From assembly GCF_006345805.1 (NCBI RefSeq), contig NC_043016.1:310001-374000 (forward strand): a DNA stretch of 64,000 nucleotides. Direction: 5' to 3'. The notes beneath the pieces were generated by a model that saw only the letters and a list, made by a program, of their open reading frames with translations, ran no database searches and was not told the origin of the DNA. Shown here piece after piece: positions 1 to 13,302 of this stretch (the first letter of the stretch is position 1; every line of letters starts with the position of its first letter). This stretch comes from Octopus sinensis (lineage: Eukaryota). Made by a program: the position numbers and the translations under genes.

Positions 1-120
1 CACCACATGTCTCCTCCTGTTCTGTCCAGAGTCATTGAAGAGATCATAGGTTGTGTGACAAAAAGACTTCAGACAAAGGACACTAAAATAATAATAATAA
101 TAATGATAAATAATAAATTA

Positions 121-656
121 TAAATGCCCTGATGTAGTACCAGGCAGTGGCTCTCATGGCTTCTGATTTTAACTGATTGGAAGTGATATCATGTACATTG
201 TTTTGTCTTGGTATAAAAGATGGGCTACAGTAAATATTCTGCTCAATACCACAGATTTGCTTGTCAGTTGTTTGACCCTTAATGAGTTGAGCATGTCCCT
301 TAGTGGCTGATGATATGTGCATCTCTGATCACGAGCCATGTGTTGAAAGGGACTCTGTGGGGTTTGAATGATTCACCTCTGGAAATATGGGTGTTTAGTT
401 CAATATCCTTAAACAACCCTTATTCAGGGACCTTTTGAGCGGGATGGGTTACTTGGCCAGAAGAAAATTCTAACTGCGCCCCACCTGCAAGGTCATGTGC
501 TGTTTATCTTGATATGAGGTCACCATGTCGCGCACATATGGTTGTGATGCATGTTCCTGGTGTACCCTTATCAGACGAGTAGTCATGATGGGTATACTGG
601 GGCTTCATATATTTTATCCTGGTGTCACTTTGATGGCATGCACTGCTCTCTCACTT
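121..656 (+). mobile_element. ~540-bp non-coding retroposon-like repeat with (AAT)n on both sides, copy 1
   Basis: Near-identical to 699-1217 and, reverse-complemented, to 35755-36175. Ends ctctctcact followed by (AAT)n. Confidence 0.75.
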
Positions 657-698
657 AATAATAATAATAATTATAATAATAATAATAATAATAATAAT

Positions 699-1217
699 AT
701 TCTGATCTTAACTGATTGGAAGTGTTATCATGTACATTGTTTTGTCTTGGTATAAAAGATGGGCTACAGCAAATATTCTGCTCAAACCACAGATTTGCTT
801 GTCAGTTGTTTGACCTTAACCAGTTGAGCATGTCCCTTAGTGGCTGACGATATGTGCATCTCTGATCACGAGCAGAAGTAGTGGGGGAGCATCATAGCCA
901 TGTGTTGAGAGGGATGCTTTGGGGTTTGAATAGTTCACCTCTGGAAACATGGGTGGTTCTTTCAACATCCTTAAACAACCCTTATTCGGGGACCGTTTGA
1001 GCGGGATGGGCTACTCAACCTGAAGAAAATTCAAACTGGGCCCCACCTGCAAGGTCATGTGCTGTTTATCTTGATATGAGATCACCATGTCGCGCACATA
1101 TGGTTGTGATGCATGTGCCTGGTGTACCTTTATCAGACGGGTAGTCATGATGGGTATATTGGGCTTCGTATATTTTACCCCAGTGTCACTTTGATGGCAT
1201 GAACTGCTCTCTCACTC
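699..1217 (+). mobile_element. Same repeat, 5'-truncated tandem copy 2
   Basis: Starts inside the (AAT)n tail of copy 1 and ends in (AAT)n at 1218-1243. Retains a ~24-bp segment missing from copy 1. Confidence 0.75.
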
Positions 1218-2030
1218 AATAATAATAATAATAATAATAATAATGAAATAAACTGTTTCACCGTCTATGCGGCTCCGAACATTAGTTCTTTGTAATATAA
1301 TGCAATAAAGTGATCCCTGATGATCCGCTGTTGTTAAAGCATCCAATTGCACTTTGAACATCTAATTTAGAGTTCCAAACAGCAATGTTGGTGAAACGGA
1401 TTTAGACAAGAAATGATATAAACTTGTGATTATCGTAATTTATCTTATATTTGTTCCTTATATCACAACTAGTAATACTACCAAGTATAGTAGTAGCTTA
1501 ACCACTTTACTGGAAGCAGACCGGATGATGATGATCTGTGTAGCTCTATATTTAACCATAGCAGTCAGTCATCTAATTGTACGCACCCAATATACTACAC
1601 ACATGCACACACACACATGCATATGTTTGTGTGTATATATGTGTATACATACATATATAAAATCTAACCGGCTTGTATGCAGCAGTGTTGTGGCACCATT
1701 CAAAATCTAAAACGATACAAAATGCGGTGTGACCAGCAGTATATAACAACATCCAATAGTATGGTGGATACAGTGATACATACATTCACACGTACATACA
1801 TGCATACATACATACATTTACATATATATTTATATATACAGCAGGATTCTTTCACTTTCTGTCTATCAAATGCACACACAGGCTCTAATCATCTCATGGT
1901 TATATAAGATAATTGCTCAAGGTGTTGAACCTGAAACCACATGGCTGAGAAGCTAGCTCTTCAACCGCATACCTATGTTTGTGCCTATCCACACCTGTGC
2001 ATATAGCCTCACCTATACATATATATATAT

Positions 2031-2083
<53 letters not shown>

Positions 2084-2109
2084 AATATGTATATATATAT
2101 ATATATATA

Positions 2110-2313
2110 ATCATCATCATCATTGTTGTTTAACGTCCGTTTTCCATGCTAGCATGGGTTGGATGGTTCGACCGGGGTTTGGGAACCAAGGAGGCTGCAC
2201 CAGGCTCCAGTCTGACCTGGCAGTGTTTCTACAGCTGGATGCCCTTCCTAACGCCAACCACTCCATGATTGTAGTGGGTGCTTTTTATGTGATAGGGGAG
2301 GCTGGCAGCGGCC
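2110..2313 (-). mobile_element. Family C retroposon 3' part ((GAT)n tail, aggaagggcatccagctgtagaaac core)
   Basis: Core and tail shared with about 25 copies in the window; the (GAT)n tail matches that of the RTE fragments. Confidence 0.85.
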
Positions 2314-2350
<37 letters not shown>

Positions 2351-2535
2351 ATATATATATATGCAAACAAATGTCTGTAAAGTATAACAGACACTATTGT
2401 ATTATTTTCTCTCCTTTCTTCTTTGGCTGTTTGATGGTCAAAGATAAGGTTTCTTTCTAACTGCTCTATAATGGTAGCCAAGTTGATGGAGATACCCCCC
2501 AGAAGTACTCCAACTCATATGGAATTGCTCTACAT

Positions 2536-3109
2536 CAGTGATTCCCAAGGTGGGGCGTACGCCCCACTGGTGGGGCCTGAGAAAATTCAGGTGGGGCGCG
2601 GGGCATAGACGTGGGCTGTGAAAATATTTGTACATGACGAGCGGTCATCGCGGGCACAATTGATAATTTGCTCGAAGCCAAGAGAAACCGGCTTGAGATT
2701 ACAAAACGTGGCGATTTACGACTGAAATTAACAAAGTTGTCTCCTCAAATTAAAAACTTGTGCTGTATGCATCAGGCACAGGGTTCTCACTAAATTAGTC
2801 GAGCTGACCGTCAAATAATTGAACTGAAAATACGTGTTTCTTTATTCTTTATAAATTGACATTTTTTAAAAACATGAGAAATCGTAATAATTTTATCGAT
2901 TTATTGGGTGTTATGCACTTTCAGTGCCTGTTGTTTCAATTCTCAAACTATTTTTTGGTATTTTGAATACAATTTTTTAATTTTTGATTTTTTTCAATGT
3001 AAGTAGGCCCACATGTACTTGTAAATGTGAGTGGACATGGGAAAAGGTGGGGCGTAAAAACTTTTGCTATGAAAAAGTGGGGCGCCGGGAAAAAGGTTGG
3101 GAAACACTG
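2536..3109 (+). mobile_element. Non-autonomous hAT (Charlie/Buster-like) DNA transposon
   Basis: TIRs cagtgattcccaa / ttgggaaacactg with a perfect 8-bp TSD ctctacat (2528-2535, 3110-3117). Internal transposase C-terminus DNLLEAKRNRLEITKRGDLRLKLTKLSPQIKNLCCMHQAQGSH*. Confidence 0.9.
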
Positions 3110-4286
3110 CTCTACATCATCAGCTGCCTTATATAATAAGGATTATCCTCAAGAAACCACTTGAGAGCCTGAACACATCTGTCAACCCTGAACAGAGTGC
3201 TGTTGATTCCTTTCTTTTGCTGGTGAATTATACAATCATTTTGTTGACTGTAGGCAAGAAGAATCCCAAGGTTTTGTGCAGTCTTACACAAGCTAAGCCC
3301 CCACCCTCAGATTCACTCTTGGAAAACCAGACAACTCTTTTGCTTCTGGTGTTTGTAGCAAGACTAAAAACAATTGGTATAGTCCAATCTAAAATGAAAA
3401 ATACTAATACATCAACAGATTTGAATTTCTGGTAGCATCTGAATAGAAAGAAACAGTATAATGAGGAGAGTCTATTTTTGAGATGTGTGTGTTTGTATAA
3501 ACATACACACACATATATAAACATATACATGTCTGCGAATGAACTTCTCCGGTTGTTTCTCATTCAATCTTTTTTTCTCTTTTACTTAGATATTTTTTTT
3601 TTGTTTTGATTTCTGAAAAAACATACCATTATCATCATCATCATCATCATTTAACATCTGCTTCACATGTTGGCAGGGTTTGGACAGTTTGACAAGAACT
3701 GTCATGTCAGAAGACTGTGCCAAGCTCTATTGTCTGTATTGGCATTGGTTCCTACAGCTTGATGCCCTTTCTAATGCCAACCACTTTACCGAGTGCACTG
3801 GATGCTTTTTACATGGCACCAGCATCAGTGAGGTCACCAACTAACTTGCATGACAAGACCGCTCAACTGAGGTGTGTGTATGTGTGTGAGGTAGTAATAG
3901 TAGTAGTAGTAGTAGTAGTGAGGAAGGATACTTTGTGCCAGATGATGGATGAGTAGTTAGAATATAAATAGTGGGACAGAAATAGGTGTCTTGCTGTAGA
4001 GGGGTACTCCAGCTGGAAAAAGAGAGAGAGAAGGAAGATGGTGAAGATGTGACAGGGCTACACTCAAGTTAGAGGGAGGTGTATATAAGTGAAGCAGAAC
4101 CAGGGATGGGATTGGACGAGTGGGTGGGTGAGTTTGTGAGACTGTGGAAGGTGAGTGGGAGGTGGAGGAGAGGAGGAATGAAGTGAGTGGACACAAATAG
4201 AGAGAGGAGGTGTTTGGAGGTCATGTTGTGTGGAAGAGATAAAAAAAGGGGACAAATAATGTGCTAGTAGGTTTGCAAGGATGCAA

Positions 4287-4513
4287 GATGGCGAGCTGGC
4301 AGAAACGTTAACACACCAGGCGAAATGCGTAGCTGTATTTCGTCTGCCGCTACATTCTGGGTTCAAATTCCGCCGAGGTCAACTTTGCCTTTCATCCTTT
4401 CGGGGTCGATAAATTAAGTACCAGTTACGTACTGGTGTCAATATAATCGATTTAATCTGTTTGTCTGTCCTTGTTTGTCCCCTCTGGTACTACCCTTGTG
4501 GGTAGTAAAGAAA
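4287..4513 (+). mobile_element. SINE family A (~230 bp, tRNA-like head, GAAATA end)
   Basis: Head ggcgagctggcagaa..gggttcaaattcc; 19-bp TSD taggtttgcaaggatgcaa (4268-4286, 4514-4532). Confidence 0.9.
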
Positions 4514-5023
4514 TAGGTTTGCAAGGATGCAAAGAGAGAATGGGGGATGGAAAGAAGAGTGCAGCAAGTGGTGAATATGGGTGGGGGGAAGAGAGATAGA
4601 TGTTAGGAAGGTGGGTTTGTTGGGGAGAGAAATTTCTCAGGGACAAATTGTTTGCAGTAGGTGTGGACATGACATTGATGGCCTCAATTTTAACTTAGCT
4701 AAGCAGGTTTTCTTAAGCATAGTAAATTGCACTAATAAAGACAAAAATACTATGAAATAAATAAAAACAATCTTTTTTAAATTGATTTTTAACGAAATCC
4801 TATTAAGTAATATTTATTTATGCTGTTTACTGAAAAAAATGGAAAAACCAATTGCTAAAGTGCTTAGAATGTTGTGCTTAATTGGGAAAGTTAGGTTGCT
4901 TGTAAGAAGACAAATCTGTTGTATGCAAAATAGAATATTCTTTATTTGAATTGTTGCTGCTGTTGTTATTGCTGTAGTTCTTGGTGCTTGTTTAGCCCCA
5001 GGTCAGGTCTGACCACTCAAAGG

Positions 5024-5066
<43 letters not shown>

Positions 5067-6161
5067 AAATAAGAAAATGGAGAAATACATCTAAATCAAA
5101 TATCAATTACCAGATAATACTCAATCACAAACTTTATTAAACCACCACATAAGAAGCTATAGGGTTAAACATAAAAAAGTAGAGCAAAACAGTGTACATA
5201 AAGGAGTATACATAAAAAAGTGTACATAAAAGAGTAATGTTATATATATATATGTGTGTGTGTGTCTGTGTAAGTCTTAGAAAATAGGGAGGCTAACAAA
5301 TCTCAACCCCCCCTCAGATAGATGGCCCTGCTCAATTTGTAGAAAAGACTTGGGTAGAAACTCCATACGATGTACCTGGTGTAATCTATGGACACATAAA
5401 AGGTGCAGCAATATCAAAGGAAGGTTAACTGGGAAGAGTTCTGAGGTCAAATTTCACCGAGGTTGACTTTACCTTTCTTCCTTTAGGGATCAATAGAATA
5501 ACTACCAGTTGAATCCAGGGGGTCAATGTAATTGACTTGCTCTTCCCCCAAATTGCTGGCCTTGTGCCAAAATTTGAAATCGTTCTCCTCCTCCTCCTCT
5601 TCCTTATTATTATTGCAGTTGTTTCTGCACATAGCAGCACATTCTATTACAATAATCCACAACTCACTCTTACATATGGTCTACGCAATTATTATTCAAG
5701 AAAATAACAGATTCACATTCACATAACCAATCGCTGATACTGTCACCTCAGCAACTCGCCTTCAAAACAGCTGCAGCTCATTAAATGTCATGTTGGAGCA
5801 TATGCCATTTATCAAGCAGTCTCTTTCCAATATGAAACATTATCACGATGAAACACAATAGCTCGACTTGCATCGCAGCTAAGGAAGAAACACTAAATGG
5901 ACATCAGAAACATCAAACCAAATATTATCTTTTTTATCTTTTACTTTTTCAGTCATTGGACTGCGGCCATGCAGGGGCATTGCCCTGAAGGGTTTTAGTC
6001 TAAGAAAGCAACACCAGTACTTAACTTCAGTATTTTGACTTGTTTCAACCATAGGTCTGTGCCACTGCTGAGGCACCACCACACTGAAGGGCTTTAGTCA
6101 AACAGATCAGCTCTAGTACTTATTTTTGTCTTTTATCTTGTTTCAGTAATTGATCTGTGGC

Positions 6162-6536
6162 CGACATTATCAAAGAAGCTTGAGAGATGGATGGCTGGAA
6201 CTTGCACTCGCCTCCTTATGAGAGCTCAAAATCTCTCGTGGAAGCGTCATCCAACCAAAGTACAAATATATGGGAAACTACCACCTGTATCATCTCTTGT
6301 TAAAGGTAGGAGAGTCCAGTTTGCTGGACATTGTTGTAGAGCTGAAAACGAGGTAATTTCTACTCTTCTCCTCTGGAAGCCATCTGCTTGCAATACCAGA
6401 GGGCGCACACTCTCCTACCCTGATGTAATCTCCAGGGATACAGGCATCCAGCGACAGGACCTCCATAATGCTATGATGGACCGTGAAGTCTGGCGTAACA
6501 TAGTAAATTCCATTGTCTCGAACAATGATGATGATG
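6162..6536 (+). mobile_element. 5'-truncated RTE-type LINE 3' end, inserted in a family-B SINE remnant
   Basis: ORF TRLLMRAQNLSWKRHPTK...FAGHCCRAENEVIS...MMDREVWR with a (GAT)n tail; same family as 61476-61904. Confidence 0.85.
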
Positions 6537-6744
6537 CCTTGAAGGGTTTTGATCAAATGAATCAATCCCAGTGCTTATTATCTTTTTAAGCCTGACACTT
6601 ATTCTATCAATCAGTTTTGCTGAAATGCCTTTATCATGGGGCCATAAACTAACCAACACTGGTTATCAAACAGTGGTAAGGGACAAACAAAAAAGACATG
6701 TATCCTGATCGGGGTGCAAGTAGCACTTACTTTAAGGAGATTCA

Positions 6745-7250
6745 AGTGGCACCATGACAAGTGCTTGCAACACTTGTACTCTGTAACAGGAAAAACTCAA
6801 GAAACACCATGAACAGATGAAAGTAATAGCAGCTAATAAGTTTTGAAAGATGGTGAAAAGTTATTGATGATTGTAGCAAAAGGGACAAATAGTCTATTAT
6901 CCCTTCCATACAAAAATGAGTCTCAGATGAAGTTTGTGTATATATGTGTATAGAGATTGGTATATGATGAACTATGAAGACAGCTACTTGTATGCATACA
7001 TAAAATATAGACAGAATATGTTGCGAATGGAGATAGATAGAAAGTGACAGAATCCAAAATCTAGAGAGAGAACCAAGGCAACTTAGAGGATCACTAGACA
7101 TACTTGCCATGACCCATCGGGTCACAACCACTTCAAGCTGAAAAGGTTGATGTACAGCAGGAAAAGAAAATATACAATTTTGAATTTCATGCAATAAAAT
7201 TCTTAGATAATACAAATCTCCTGCCTTATTGCAATGAGGCCTAATCATGG
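6745..7250 (-). mobile_element. Degraded autonomous Helitron Rep-helicase fragment
   Basis: LYYLRILLHEIQ motif; nucleotide similarity to 46300-46440. Confidence 0.65.
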
Positions 7251-7368
7251 GATATGAAAATAGACTAGGTGGTGGGGAGAGTGCTGTTTTTTCAGATCAT
7301 CCATACAACCCTGAGGTCATATATTGTTTTGTGGTAAACAGTTAATGTTTATATGTTACACACGAAAA

Positions 7369-7738
7369 TCTCTCTATATATAAATGGCAAAATGCGTGTG
7401 TATGTGTGCATGTCCTTTATACAAATCCACAATTTTTCAGTTAGAGGGCTCGCACTTTCTATGGTCATTCAAAACTGTCCAAGGGTGGTTGTGTACATCT
7501 TTACATTTCCCCAGTCACCCCGCAAAGCCATTAAAAAATCAATAGAAGTGACTTTTTTGTGAATTTTCTATCCAAAACCCAATCAAAATGCCCGAAACTT
7601 GATACGCCAATTGAATGCCAGCTAGCTGTATGTGATTGGTCGGAGATTTGGACAGTACTCGCGTGTATGTGTGCACGCACGCAGCTGTATATGCATGCAC
7701 TAGCACTATGGCCTGGTGTTGCCAGGTCATAGTGCTAG
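7369..7738 (+). mobile_element. Non-autonomous Helitron, copy 1
   Basis: 5' TC, subterminal hairpin ctatggcctgg..ccaggtcatag, 3' CTAG, inserted between A and T with no TSD. Confidence 0.85.
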
Positions 7739-8183
7739 TAAAGAATAAACAATTCAACCATGATTAGTTAGCAAGCTGTATCAAATTAATGATATAACAT
7801 GGAGATATAAATTGCCAAAAATCATCAGTGAAAGCCTGGAGAAATTTTGACTCAAACTGGTATATATATACAATGGGCTTCTTTTAGTTTCCATCCACCA
7901 GATCCACTCACAAGAGTATGGTGGGTTCAGGGCTGTATTAGAAGACACTTACCCAAGGGTTCACTCTGTAGGAATGAACACAGAACCATGAGGTTGAGAA
8001 CCAAACATCTTACCACATAGCTATGCCTGCACTTGACCCTTTTTTTCTCTTGCTGTCTATGAAATCCACATATTTTCTCTCTTGCACATCCACATGTATA
8101 TGTTTTTGCTAAATAGAAGTTAGCAAGGTGTTTTTTGAGGAAGATTTGGTTTATTCTAGCAGTTTAGGTAACAGTATAGATAC

Positions 8184-8419
8184 TGAAGGCGATGAGCTGG
8201 CAGAACCGTTAGCGCGCCGGGCGAAATGCTTAGTGGTATTTCGTCTCTCCGCTACGTTCTGAGTTCAAATTCCGCCGAGGTCAACTTTGCCTTTCATCCT
8301 TTCGGGGTCGATTAAATAAGTACCAGTTACGCACTGGGGTCGATATAATCGACTTAACCCGTCTGTCTGTCCTTGTTTGTCCTCTCTGTGTTTAGCCCCT
8401 TGTGGGCAATAAAGAAATA
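8184..8419 (+). mobile_element. SINE family A
   Basis: Full length; 11-bp TSD agtatagatac. Confidence 0.9.
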
Positions 8420-9382
8420 AGTATAGATACCCCAGCATTAATTCAAAAGGGTTTTTTGGTTTATGGTTGTAGAGAAAGCCAACTTTGTAATGGCTGGTGG
8501 CATTGCAATGGCATAACTGATACAACTAAAACATGTCTATGATTACAACAGTTTTCCATCTGTGACCATCACAGCCTCCATTCAAGCATTGTATGTTTAA
8601 CACTACTTTAACAGTCTCCTCCTCCTCACACACATGTGTATACATATGTCACCATCACCATGACTGATCAGGCTATCAAATGTTGCTACACATCGCTGGT
8701 CACAATCCACTTTGCATTGTTTTAGCCTTCAAATGATGCCACCCCGCTGGCTAAGCGAGCAGGCCAACAGAAGAAAGAGTGAGAGAAAGTTGTGGTGAAA
8801 GAGTACAGCAGGGATCGTCACCACCCACTGCCGGAGCCTCTTGGAGCTTTAGGTGTTTTCGCTCAATAAACACTCACAACGCCTGGTCTGGGAAATGAAA
8901 CCATGATCCTACGATATATATATATGTATATATACATATATATATTTCTCCCTCTCTCTCTCCCTTTATATATAAATAAAATTATATCTTTTACCTTTTT
9001 ACTTGCTTCAGTCATTGGACTGCAACCATGCTGTGATATCACTTTGAAAGGTTTAATCAAACATATCAAACTCCAGTTCTAATTTTTAAGCCTGGTATTT
9101 ATTCAGTCAGTCTCATTTTGCTGAACTGCTGAGTTATAGCAATACCAATACAAAACAATACCAATTGTTAAGTAGTGATGGGGGACAAACACAAACACAC
9201 ACACATTTAACAATCACCTTTCGGTTCTCATCTATCAGATCCACTTATAAGGCTTTGGGTGTACCAGGGCTTTAGTAGATAACTCTAGCCCAAGGTGCCT
9301 CACAGTGGGACTGAACTCAAAGCCATCTGGCTGGCCAGCAAGCTCCTTACCACACAGCCATGCTTGTGCTTATATAAATTAT

Positions 9383-9693
9383 ATCACCGTGATCACCGTG
9401 ACTGACTAGGGTATCAGATGTTGCTACACATCGCTGGTCACAATGCGCTTCACATTGTTTTAGCGTTCAAATGATGCCACCCTGCTGGCTGAGTGAGCAG
9501 GCCAACAGAAGAAAGAGTGAAAGAAAGTTGTGGCGAAAGTGTACAGCAGGGATCGCCACCACCCTCTGCCAGAGCTTTGTGGAGCTTTAGGTGTTTTCGC
9601 TCAATAAACACTCACAATGCCCAGTCTGGGAATCGAAACTGCAATCCTACGACTGTGAGTCTGCTGCCCTAACCACTGGGTCATTGCACCTCC
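9383..9693 (-). mobile_element. SINE family D (tRNA-like head ggaggcgcaatggcccagtggttagggc, tail tcacggtgat)
   Basis: A-box and B-box-like motifs; relatives at 8648-8913, 29626-29873, 37736-38036 and 47700-47986. Confidence 0.88.
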
Positions 9694-10481
9694 ACATATA
9701 TAAATTATATATATATATGGCATTAGGAAGGGCATCCAGCCGTAGAAACACTGCCAGATCGGACTGGGCCTGATGCAGCCTTTGGGCTTCACAGACCCCA
9801 GTTGAACCGTCCAACCCATGCTAGCATGGAAAACGGATGCTAAATGATGATGATGATGATGATGATATTCACATATATATGTTATATAATTTCATTTTCC
9901 TGTATTTTATCCACCTCCACCTATTTGTAATATTTTCACAAGGTATTTGTCATGTTCATCAACAGATGTGATTTCAATTTATTATTTATTGATATTGACG
10001 ATTGAGGGTTGAGGTTCACGTATTTAGTATGCAAGCTCTTTCTTTCCACAGCTGCTGCTAATATCATCTCTACTGCATTGGTGTCTCCACTATAATAATA
10101 CGGTAATGTTTGGTAAGCTTGGTTTATTCCTTTCATCTTTGATTCGTTCTTCATAGTCTGGTCAGCAGTGATATGGTACAGACGAATCTGAAGACCAAGT
10201 TTTGAATATCAAAAGGATTAAATGCCTATAGGGATGCCAGTCTGTTATGGGATTACTAATTTTTGCCAATTGATTGGACTAAAGTGATGTGTTTTGCTCA
10301 AGAACACAATGTGTTTCCATGTGTAAAAGTGGCCATGTGGTAAGAAGTTTGCTTTCCAGTTACATGGCTCTGGGTTCAGAATCATGTATGGCACTTTGGG
10401 TAGGTATGTTCCACAGTAGCTCTGGCCCCCACTAAAGCTTTGTGAGCATATTTAGCTGACAGAAACTGTAAGAAAGCCATC

Positions 10482-10657
10482 ATGTATGTGTGTGTGTGCA
10501 CGCGCGTATTTGTGTGTGTATATGTATGTATGTATGCATCTGTTTATCTATCTCTTTCTCTCTCTCTATCTATGTATGTATGTATCTCTCTCTCTCTCTC
10601 TCTCTCTCTCCCTATCTCTGTCTGCCTATCTATCCATCTGTCTGTCTGTCTGTCTAC

Positions 10658-10709
<52 letters not shown>

Positions 10710-10854
10710 GTATCTGTCTATGTATCTGTCTATGTATCTATGTATGTATGTATCTCTCTCTCTCTCTCTATCTCTATCTCTCTCTGTCTATCTATCTGTC
10801 TGTCTGTCTGTCTATCCATTTATCTATCTATCAATCTATCTACCTATATATACT
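10482..10854. repeat. Compound microsatellite (TG/TATG/TC/TCTG/TCTA) at the tail of a family-B SINE
   Basis: Read directly; the block order is repeated about twice. Confidence 0.95.
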
Positions 10855-11240
10855 CTTTACTCTTTTCAGTCATTTGACTGCGGTCATGCTGGAGCACCGC
10901 CTTTAGTCGAGCAAATCGACCCCATGACTTATTCTTTGTAAGCCTAGTACTTATTCTATCGGTCTCTTTTGCCGAACCACTAAGTTACGGAGGACATAAA
11001 CACACCAGCATCGGTTGTCAAGTAATGCTAGGGGCACGAACACAGACACACACACATACACATATATATATACATATATACGACGGGCTTCTTTCAGTTT
11101 CTGTCTACCAAATCCACTCACAAGGCTTTGGTCAGCCTGAGGCTATAGTAGAAGACACTTGCCCAAGATGCCACGCAGTGGGACTGAACCCGAACCATGT
11201 GGTTGGTAAGCAAGCTACTTACCACACAGCCACTCCTGCA
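10855..11240 (-). mobile_element. SINE family B (~400 bp, tRNA-like head, internal TA/TG microsatellite, (AAAGAGT)n tail)
   Basis: Reverse complement of 32198-32600; about 20 full or partial copies in the window. Confidence 0.88.
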
Positions 11241-11944
11241 CATATATATAATATTATATATATTATATATAATATATATATATATTATATATATATATAT
11301 ATAGAGTGAGTAGACAAACAAAAGAAGGGTATTCAACAGTTGTATGGATCATATATACATATGACTGATATTTAGGAAGGGCATCCAGCTATAAAAACCC
11401 ATTCCGAAACAAGCATGCAGCTTTGGTAGCTCTTCAGCTGGTGACCAGTTCCGGTCAAACCATCCGATCCATGCCAGCATGGAAAAACGGACGTTAAACG
11501 GGGATGATATGATGTTACACATGTGTGCATACATGCATACACACACACACACACACACATGCATTCTCAAATCAATCTTCTCTCTGATACATTCATAGTA
11601 GACATCTTGCAGTTTCTAGATCTCACCCTTTCTCTCTCATATGGGTTAATATTAACTCCCTCCTCTCTCTCATATATATAGTATTTCCATCTCACTTTTT
11701 TTCTCTCTCAGGCACACGCATACACACACAAACACACACACTCCATCTCTCTCTCTCCCTCTCTTCCTCTCAGATCTATAAAGGCACAGTACTTCTTACT
11801 ACACAAGTAACACACATTAACATACTAACCAGCCTGCTTGTATCTTTCTTCTCCCTCTGGTGCTCCTCCACCTTTTCTCCTCATCTCTCTTCCTCTCTCT
11901 CTACCATGCAAACACTCTCTCCTTCTCTCTTTCCCTTCCTATCT

Positions 11945-11978
<34 letters not shown>

Positions 11979-13025
11979 CTCTCTCTCTCTGGCATGCTTC
12001 TCTTTTGAGCCCTCCTTTGTACACATTCATACAAAATTATGCCTCACTATTAACAGAAAGGAATTAATGCATTCCTACTATCTTTTAAGGTCATTGACAT
12101 CGAAACTTGACTGTTGGTTCTATTTCTATTAGTACACAATATCTTTTCTCTTTTTGTATTTACTTGTTTCGCTTGTTCGATTGCGGCCATGCTGGGGCAC
12201 TACTTTGTAGAGTTTTAGCTGAATGAACTGATCCTAGTATGTAATTATTATTATTATTTTTGTTTTTTTTGTTTTAGAGCCTGGTACATAGAATATGTAC
12301 CAGCAGGCTTATGCCAAACTGCTAAGTTATGGGGATATAAACAAACTAACACTGGTTGTTAAGCATTGGTGGAGGACAAACACACACATACACATACAGC
12401 ATGTGTGTGTGTGAAGAAGTGCCCCAGTGTGGCCACAGTAAATGATGTGAGAAAACTGAGAACTGGGTCAATTTTTTTCAACTAAAACCCTTTAAGGTGG
12501 TACTCCAGCATGGCCACAGTCTAAGGACTAAAAACAATTAAAAAATAAAAGGCAAAACTAAGTAGTAGTAGTATTGATTTGTTTGGTTAAAAACACTTCA
12601 TGCTGGTGTCCCAGCATGGCCTCAGCCTAATCACTGAAACAAGTTAAAGATAAAAATAAGCACTAGGGCGGTGCTCTAGCATGGTCAAAGCAGTGCCCCA
12701 GCAAGGTCACAGTTCAATGAATGAAACAAGTAAACTAAAAGAAACACAGAAACAAGTTTATGGAAAAAAATCTAGTTTCATTCTTGTTTTATTGTTGAGT
12801 GGTATTACATAGGGAAAGCATTCAGCTGTATGCATAATCACTTCAACAAAACATTCTGCCCTTCGTCTACCACACCCCATTGTAGCGTGTCCAATATAGG
12901 AAAAAACAGATGTGAATACAGTGCATGTGCATGTGTGAATGTGTTTATGTGTGTGCATGTGTGAAAAAAAAAAAAATATATATATATATAAAGAATATAA
13001 ACAAAATGCCAACTGAAAATAGAGC

Positions 13026-13077
<52 letters not shown>

Positions 13078-13246
13078 AAATAAAAACAGTCAAAAAGTGT
13101 CAGTTCATTAGAACTAAGAAAATAAAAGATTTGACGCTTTGTTAACTATGTTAAAATACATACACCTATCTATTTACCTACCTTGCTACCTACCTACATA
13201 TCTACCTACCTACCTCCCTACCTACAAACTTACCTGCCTACATGCA

Positions 13247-13299
<53 letters not shown>

Positions 13300-13302
<3 letters not shown>

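Noticed and set aside
9900-10280. 72-aa ORF and neighbouring protein-like frames on the minus strand
   Set aside because: Several stops in the most protein-like frame; may be an old TE, but I cannot assign it.
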